IMG/VR virus record: IMGVR_UViG_3300042673_000188
Length of the DNA: 64,000 nt
Reading direction: 5' to 3' (one strand)
Source of the DNA: an uncultured virus (IMG/VR IMGVR_UViG_3300042673_000188)
Taxonomy: Duplodnaviria; Heunggongvirae; Uroviricota; Caudoviricetes
In this document: in pieces, positions 60,901 to 64,000 of the stretch
Numbering within the stretch: the first letter of the stretch is position 1
Layout: each line of letters begins with the position of its first letter
Notes under the pieces: model-generated
The model's input: the letters and a program-made list of their open reading frames with translations, nothing else
The model's database searches: none
What the model was told of the DNA's origin: nothing
Translations under genes and position numbers: made by a program

Positions 60901-61451
60901 CTGAGCTAACTGCTGATGATAATGCAATTACTAAATTAATCCAATGGAAATTTGGAGATATTGATTTTAACTCTCAAGTTAACTTATATGATAAAGCTTA
61001 CTGTTTAACAACTAAATCTGGTGATAAGGCTTATAGCTTTACCTTTAGTAAAAAGGCTAATGGTAAAGATTTATATAGCCGCTTCTCTGGATCAACTGTT
61101 ATCTTTATCTTTAAAGATCAGAAGGGTAATACAATTGTTAGAGAGTTTACAGGAAGTATCAACGCTATTAAGCAGGAGGGTGAGAATATCATGCAGCAGT
61201 TTCAGGTAAAACCGGAAGACCTCACAATTGGTGCATTTGATGCCGGCTCATTTAGTGCAAAACCTGCATCTAAAAATGGAGTACTTAAGAGTGACCAGTG
61301 GGATGGCTTCAATAAAATACATCCTAATGCAGGAAGTGCTTTGATTATTTCGGTATCTAGTACACAAAAGGTTATCCAGCTTTCTGATATTAATCCTTCT
61401 GAAGAAGAAATAAATAACGTAGCTCAAGAAAAAACAAAATCATGTCAGTAA
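51921..61451 (+). CDS. giant polyvalent virion protein (3176 aa) with degenerate zincin-like, GNAT-like and ART-like domains
   Basis: N-terminal hydrophobic/helical region ('EGLQENYQE'), zincin-like 'FVAEALTN', ART-PolyVal-like 'VYHG..GIYF..VVFEPEQI' and a late TM helix. Confidence 0.75.
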   Translation: MAENLQSEAFNQEAFDMNANIPVSESANMLNNLALEDTPNMMDIAESSNVPPLVTVIDSEVKAASDKFKENSPVLAAGFDGGPQPKPTSSMAFAEGAGAQMIASEQWSSPTNYHMAGDRIYGANVDGRRFAKWYNHNEFDDVGFHPYRNNNDYYLQYTTGWDDFQTAANMELFGRGMADQASSWVEWNKDTDPYAAQLFADQLDLMHSDREGFWGSAANIFGSLQYSLGAITEFAAEEVALAALTTASRGSLSEFTLPRMGRNLMQLSRTLSTGSELMRTIKTVNRAKDFYQAARFAAVGTAKTLNAFANPFFRSTRLGLDAIKGVRAGKTMTAIAQGRTIFGEFFRDASEINMAMSESRLEGGMVQNDIINEVTKQKGNLTDQEINRLNELATTAGAATTKANAPIIFYTNKITLNNMFRGIGRASDRLLNVGAAVGGKAVRDGGKTVILETGFKAGLSRLNPFAKNSRLYYKHILQTSPSRVKNMFIAGAPEGLQENYQEMISTGYKDYYTKLYLTPELAQSAGMRASFQKGLDEQFTAQGLETFISGFAIGSVMGKYGQALNFATQTAPAIVADKLGIDKTYSNVKKQRAEFKKDFMEVVAVMDTNPQAFFNMIDSDLAHQVSFSDFMMMGRNAGSAHSQLEAQDLALFKKLHTLFKSGQTDLLKDTLSEFLNLEDKDLQAAFPGVKLEAEGDNKSLRDRLTNSIEKVDMMKQSFEEAQSLKNHYNPWQYDQVKDKEKFEDEMYKYIAFEDVRFDMALMKTKLVTAQDYISEITARASKSKPLQSMSGIAFTNMMTRGGIATEVDLLAKERLVYAEAAATSDEAAKKLAEIDTELAHYKNYLATYDIVTDKLKSAAVDYAKNRDKIQRDPVTGDIVDPVTVDIENAITDLRNSFYTLLKFKAGVNKDMVLDENIDKAFNNLVEMMQHGSDLGNAVDALNRLHDPEGFNIHHGRIKEALEFVHKNSKLQREKIWDALQHKNDLNAFLNNLINKKIFFDPRFVKAFEDDGILPDEFVDAENMETIDHNHPKYKEVLQEIDNFERSTGKTLSGKTISEFQDEFSLNRLDKDATDKRILKQIYAQFNLDIDQFDQSVSLQEILKAVSISGFAGKYDKFLAKKLMNLVSDKIQIRFVKNATVPVRFSDTGGIVVDARFASSDYIGGTLRLESLILNGALQYLVNRQIDENEQFELQMTQLLNLAKSEYYKTSKTSILPIGLDDVRTFVAEALTNGTFQAILQNITYNGPKSTPISMWSEFKKALFDFLSKIFRINPSKNDSLLDEVINLTAHTFDKQGTSGSNMSGQGGTTGGNSQPGGVPITQQTDIKEIMALTDLVTSLQNVYTNTYLPQQQATGETPDDFETFVTTNPFAAYVIDQFNITTGRTGGGQAQTPGQSQGGSGSVSITPEIITDDAYRAFKNNEPVSDQILLDIKVAVEAGSLTPRQDEIYQAYKEAIDKAISQKSAVAITQVQLINSMLNELGNLTLADFFGNQENMPFSSGKPGDFTVVTMDGFSIIRREDMDTYLDSPIDFIFYLNGQVKADGTIIDPKPYAASATLSIPIDENTKPNVIQLINNLRVIQNKLDAIQAEVKAKLEVPVAESTTTDPAIQAQIDDIERRKKISYSLEPGSQSSYERNRFTFTHVRPFDYNELDNIRPVGQNVYIVNNYGEQKTFDSYAEGQKWLDTKYNAELAASGGTTTEEFVPLVVPMDTETTTDVQANRDTEMFPETSNFAQAIGDSESVLENEIKKARLVEKDEQKAQELEAELERRRSKISAYTEVNGIGMAVYTNPISGVVDVIMSGTSDNDYVGYVRLYVNDKPTNRWTSKISNESGNKEAFKTMLSEVQSRLPVDHEYTESTNISLEGLKLYAQQLNREYEILTDASGNPVMSSISLNAASKEGLRNAKSQQEKEDLYNPITVANREEFNKIKEEILALMPNARVSYNQANNTVNIQLPVLKKKAGPATTTTTKEVITPEGFTNRVFESNLQLGEASADDHISEEGYNYRTLSQTEIDAIIESGGVFSREGKQRGGNKNTKYWTKGNNKNWYGDKDTTETIRVNQANFKENEVVKAKDVEVYNKQTKQFEPLLGRTTTTTTKAEPEKTEEIKGGVKELFDADLELASIGTLQQYSQYLTTIFPDSQEKNIVYHGGNIGIENLGRFYKPGEEGYKKNDFNTKEGIYFAYNKTEAEGYTKKFIFKDKNKKVYSALVNVRPYDNVKQVEKRNKDQKEIDLVSISKEDVQWLLDNNYNALTNKGRIRDQDSPFLVVFEPEQIYILGTKQDKEGFKKFVSGGESIKTEEEEVDEEINSNPEDSDDVKEGESRIDDTSREVEQEMDEAQRRANEGKTPPFSELAKETMQSIKDALGSVRDAMKKSYSRMPQALENNYEKLRRAYKKTGGKLKEKLAKVLDSIQKYLRKLKQILIKASKTVGARRVKRGVQPNAGTPEMSSTKPQVVDNTREILADFVVEQLTQYGFVKFFAEQGMTIDANTILNLEALGTKRGDNVLLENRSTMENTLHRILHMYMDRTGPKSDKDYNAQAQSLINILRPVLQEISKAGGDPNVGVYIEKINYMFDKNPAQELVIQYLTNTPFRSFISRLSPEIQAQFQSLAKEMVLFKDSAGRVTYNKTKSFIKIQDGLLMSDALYEEFINNTLQTPLDVLGDAMASGMDPVTFLLNRIAQPIDVFIAEEASAEDLQEIADEEGKSITDVVTSIKNAVLNYLNTANFARSKTEADKAPRTKKDGIISRIIRKLKKMTIGLMIALSTYTGVAGFDFSGNTEAEIGEEMAERPVWSMVNVIDNTMSILPISDSYKQTMYRGLIKYGIYDIAAVKEEAVNYEMLSDAKAIIESNNKLEYIRQNTYFQNLGRLADSQGAIGPGKQLLDSIMMYRNQWFNDVGFEYITGASNSTRDRVGQTTYDNTVGVAHFYIMDNTGGDLSRYTTVTKFNEAKNNFKSRIGTYDVKPTDYVPVFKFRPRQDGEDVVNMQFKLASELTADDNAITKLIQWKFGDIDFNSQVNLYDKAYCLTTKSGDKAYSFTFSKKANGKDLYSRFSGSTVIFIFKDQKGNTIVREFTGSINAIKQEGENIMQQFQVKPEDLTIGAFDAGSFSAKPASKNGVLKSDQWDGFNKIHPNAGSALIISVSSTQKVIQLSDINPSEEEINNVAQEKTKSCQ

Positions 61452-62989
61452 ACTGCGCCCTTATATACGATGATAATGGTAATCCTGTAAACTTTGCAGC
61501 ACCAAACGGTAAACCATCTGAGCTTTATCTTGATTTGCTACGTGCATATGACAATAATGCACCTGCTGCAAAGCGTGATTACTTTAAAGTTTATACACGT
61601 GCAGCTAATAATTTAACAAATGGGTGGAGTGCTGTAAGACGTGTTTACTCAACAGACGCTAAGTATAGCAATAGTGAGTTTAGTTATTTTACACAAGCTG
61701 CGCCTGAGACTTTTTCTGAAGACTATGACTCAAGTCAATTTGTTGATACACGAGGTAAATATCTTCTAGCAGCTTCTGAAGAATATCGAGAACTTGCTAT
61801 AGATTTTGAGCGCGGTACAAAAAATAAAATAGACCTTAGAATACCCACTACTCAGAGAACAATTCCAACTAAATTTAATGTAACACCAGAAGAGTTTGTT
61901 AGATCTCTTGAGTCTAACAATGGTACTATGGTTGGAAATATAAAAGTGTATAAAGAGGGTACGGAAAGATCAGCTGTACAAAGAGATATAGATTCATATA
62001 ATGAATATCGTGGTGGAACTTACATTACCCTGAATAAAACACAGGGAGAACTTAAGGACATTTACAGAACCAGGATACTTAAAAAAGCTGAACCTTTAGA
62101 TCCACGTATAGTCAAACAAGGTAATATAGCTGCTATACAGAATGAGTTTTTTAAATATGTTAAAAGTAAAGGCTACCTGGGTATCTATTCAGAAAGCGCT
62201 AGTTCTGATGGGTTTGTAGTAACTTTTGATCGTAGCCAAGTATTAAACCCATCACAGATAAACAAGGCATTAGATGCTAATGGAGAACCTGTTTTGATAC
62301 AGAGCAATGGGTCATTGTCTATTGCTGCGCTACCTAGTCCTCGTGAGACTGCTCAGTCTAGAAGTGCTAATTCAGATGCCCTAGCAGCAAGACTATTAAA
62401 GTTAGAACAAGAGAAAAAAGCACAAGATACTGGAGTTCAACCAGTTGTATCTAAAACTAGATCACAAGTTGCTGTTGAAGGTCTATTTGATAAAGCTAAA
62501 ACCTTTGATGAAACAAGTGGCACATATAATGGTTTGCTATTAGACTACTTTAATAATTTAAAAGAATACCAGGATAATGGTGTGACACTCCAGTTTTTAA
62601 CTAACTTATATGAAACAAGAAGTACTCCATTTGATGAGGTAATAGGTAATGAGAACCTTAATGAAGGTTCTTACTTTGTATCAACTGATGGTGTAACAGG
62701 AATGGTTGTAAAAAGTAATGGAGATAACTTTACCGTTATAACCAATGGTGGTATTATGCTTATGAAAAGAGAAGATATCCTGACTGAGTACTTCCCGTTA
62801 AGAGATACTGCTCCTAACTTTGTAAACGTTAGTGATGAGTATACTGAGATTATTGCTGAAAGTGATTCAGTAATGGATAAGTTCTTTAGCAATCCTGAGG
62901 CTGTTGCTAAAGCTGTTAAAGATGTTATGGAACACATGGATAATTTGCGTAAATTTGGATATGATTTTATTAAAACCCTTAGATGTTAA
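61442..62989 (+). CDS. virion protein with degenerate ART-PolyVal-like segment
   Basis: 'APNGKPSELY', 'KGYLGI...VVTFDRSQV' and 'LDANGEP' motifs typical of crAss giant/polyvalent proteins. Confidence 0.6.
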   Translation: MSVNCALIYDDNGNPVNFAAPNGKPSELYLDLLRAYDNNAPAAKRDYFKVYTRAANNLTNGWSAVRRVYSTDAKYSNSEFSYFTQAAPETFSEDYDSSQFVDTRGKYLLAASEEYRELAIDFERGTKNKIDLRIPTTQRTIPTKFNVTPEEFVRSLESNNGTMVGNIKVYKEGTERSAVQRDIDSYNEYRGGTYITLNKTQGELKDIYRTRILKKAEPLDPRIVKQGNIAAIQNEFFKYVKSKGYLGIYSESASSDGFVVTFDRSQVLNPSQINKALDANGEPVLIQSNGSLSIAALPSPRETAQSRSANSDALAARLLKLEQEKKAQDTGVQPVVSKTRSQVAVEGLFDKAKTFDETSGTYNGLLLDYFNNLKEYQDNGVTLQFLTNLYETRSTPFDEVIGNENLNEGSYFVSTDGVTGMVVKSNGDNFTVITNGGIMLMKREDILTEYFPLRDTAPNFVNVSDEYTEIIAESDSVMDKFFSNPEAVAKAVKDVMEHMDNLRKFGYDFIKTLRC

Positions 62990-62992
62990 ACA

Positions 62993-64000
62993 ATGAGTTG
63001 TCCGATACAAAAACCTGAAGATTTTTTTAAAAAGGTACAAGCTGATCTCCTTATAGTTAAGGAGGCTGGTCAACCTTTTAATTTGCGTAATTACATTGGG
63101 CAAGTCTATGATGAGGTAAGTAATGAGATTAAGGAAGATCCAAGTCTTGAGGGAAAGGCAGCTGACATCGTAAAGAACCTACCAAAAACAGTAGCAATGG
63201 CTGCTGGATCAAGTGTTCCTCTATTTGGTTACTTAGCCGCTAATGGATTGGATTTCATTGAGTTAGCTAAGCTGACTGAAACCTTTGGTTCAATTACTCC
63301 ACAAGCAGGTGAGACAATGGGTGAGGCTGTTAGTCGTGTATTATCTGATGTAGTTTTACAGTCTAAACCAAAGCCGGATGTTGCAGCTATTAATGCTGCA
63401 GTTGAGCAGGTTGTAACTTTTCAGGAAGTAGGTCTTACTAATGACTATGTAGCTTTAATCAAAGCAGCCGTTACTTATGAGGCTAAGCCGTTTACAGTAC
63501 TTAGCACTATGATGAATAGTGAAATGACTTATACTGACCCTACTACAAATAAACCTGCTGAAAAAGAAGATATTAATAAAAGATTTTATACTGGTTTTAT
63601 CAGCCACATTGCATCTTCAATACCTTATGCCAACACTGTAGATGGTAAAGTCTATTTGCCTGGTACATCAATACCTATTTATTTAACTACTAAATGGTTA
63701 GGTGCACTACCTGCAGATTCAATTTATGAAAGATTTGGTTCACCGGAGTATCAAGAAAACTTTGATAAGGTTCAAGTGATTACCAATTCTTTAGGGGAGC
63801 CTCTTTTCTTTGATGCTAAGTATAATGTAACATCTGAACAAAAAGGTAAAGCAATTTACTATAGATTCAGAAAGCGACAGACTAAATATAAAGGAGAGCT
63901 TAGACAGACATATCAGTCCATAGAAGAAGCTACAAAGAGCCATCTTAAAAGATATATCTATAATAAAGAGTTACAAGGACAAACGGTTACTGATGAGGAA
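62993..64000 (+). CDS. 5' part of a further large virion protein (truncated by window; possibly of the virion RNA polymerase cluster)
   Basis: ATG 62993 (MSCPIQKPEDF...) is open without a stop to the window end. No RNAP motif is visible in this fragment. Confidence 0.75.
   Translation, partial: MSCPIQKPEDFFKKVQADLLIVKEAGQPFNLRNYIGQVYDEVSNEIKEDPSLEGKAADIVKNLPKTVAMAAGSSVPLFGYLAANGLDFIELAKLTETFGSITPQAGETMGEAVSRVLSDVVLQSKPKPDVAAINAAVEQVVTFQEVGLTNDYVALIKAAVTYEAKPFTVLSTMMNSEMTYTDPTTNKPAEKEDINKRFYTGFISHIASSIPYANTVDGKVYLPGTSIPIYLTTKWLGALPADSIYERFGSPEYQENFDKVQVITNSLGEPLFFDAKYNVTSEQKGKAIYYRFRKRQTKYKGELRQTYQSIEEATKSHLKRYIYNKELQGQTVTDEE

Noticed and set aside
1..64000. Stop-codon reassignment (TAG/TGA recoding known in some crAss-like phages)
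   Set aside because: Genes up to 9.5 kb are uninterrupted in the standard code, and TAG is used as a plausible real stop (16092, 30399).
1..64000. tRNA genes or CRISPR arrays
   Set aside because: Intergenic gaps are short. I saw no cloverleaf with a T-loop and no regularly spaced repeat-spacer array. A tRNAscan/CRISPR scan was not run.
51921..64000. Virion RNA polymerase catalytic subunit
   Set aside because: No DxDxD (DFDID-like) catalytic motif in the proper context was recognised. It probably lies beyond the window.

Overview
The window is 64 kb of an AT-rich crAss-like (Crassvirales-type) bacteriophage genome. The host is most likely a Bacteroidota, judged from TTTG-N19/20-TAnnTTTG promoters and A-rich leaders without Shine-Dalgarno sites. 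It uses the standard genetic code and is almost entirely on the + strand. Gene order: a short palindrome-rich non-coding stretch; a GroES-like gene; a two-gene minus-strand unit with a metallophosphoesterase; fibre/accessory structural genes, three of which share an MDILNW N-terminal module; a holin-like gene; IHF-like, Zn-finger and PD-(D/E)XK genes; TerL, portal, scaffold-like, major capsid and a conserved capsid-module gene; a cluster of small basic proteins; a ring protein; a ferritin with an intact ferroxidase centre; Cys-rich structural proteins; a second IHF-like gene, tail tubular and tail stabilisation genes; then large internal 'cargo' proteins and giant polyvalent proteins that run off the right edge. 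The most notable observations are: (i) a 1418-aa cargo protein built as tandem [GG motif + repeat + hydrophobic helices + enzyme] cassettes carrying an R-S-E ADP-ribosyltransferase-like domain and a protein-kinase-like domain; (ii) an xxxGG motif concentrated in predicted internal virion proteins, a possible maturation-cleavage or packaging tag; (iii) a Thr-linker-delimited effector array (GNAT-like and two ART-like domains) in the 3176-aa protein; (iv) a variant promoter class upstream of structural genes; (v) ferritin embedded in the structural operon. All functional calls come from motif recognition by eye, without database searches.
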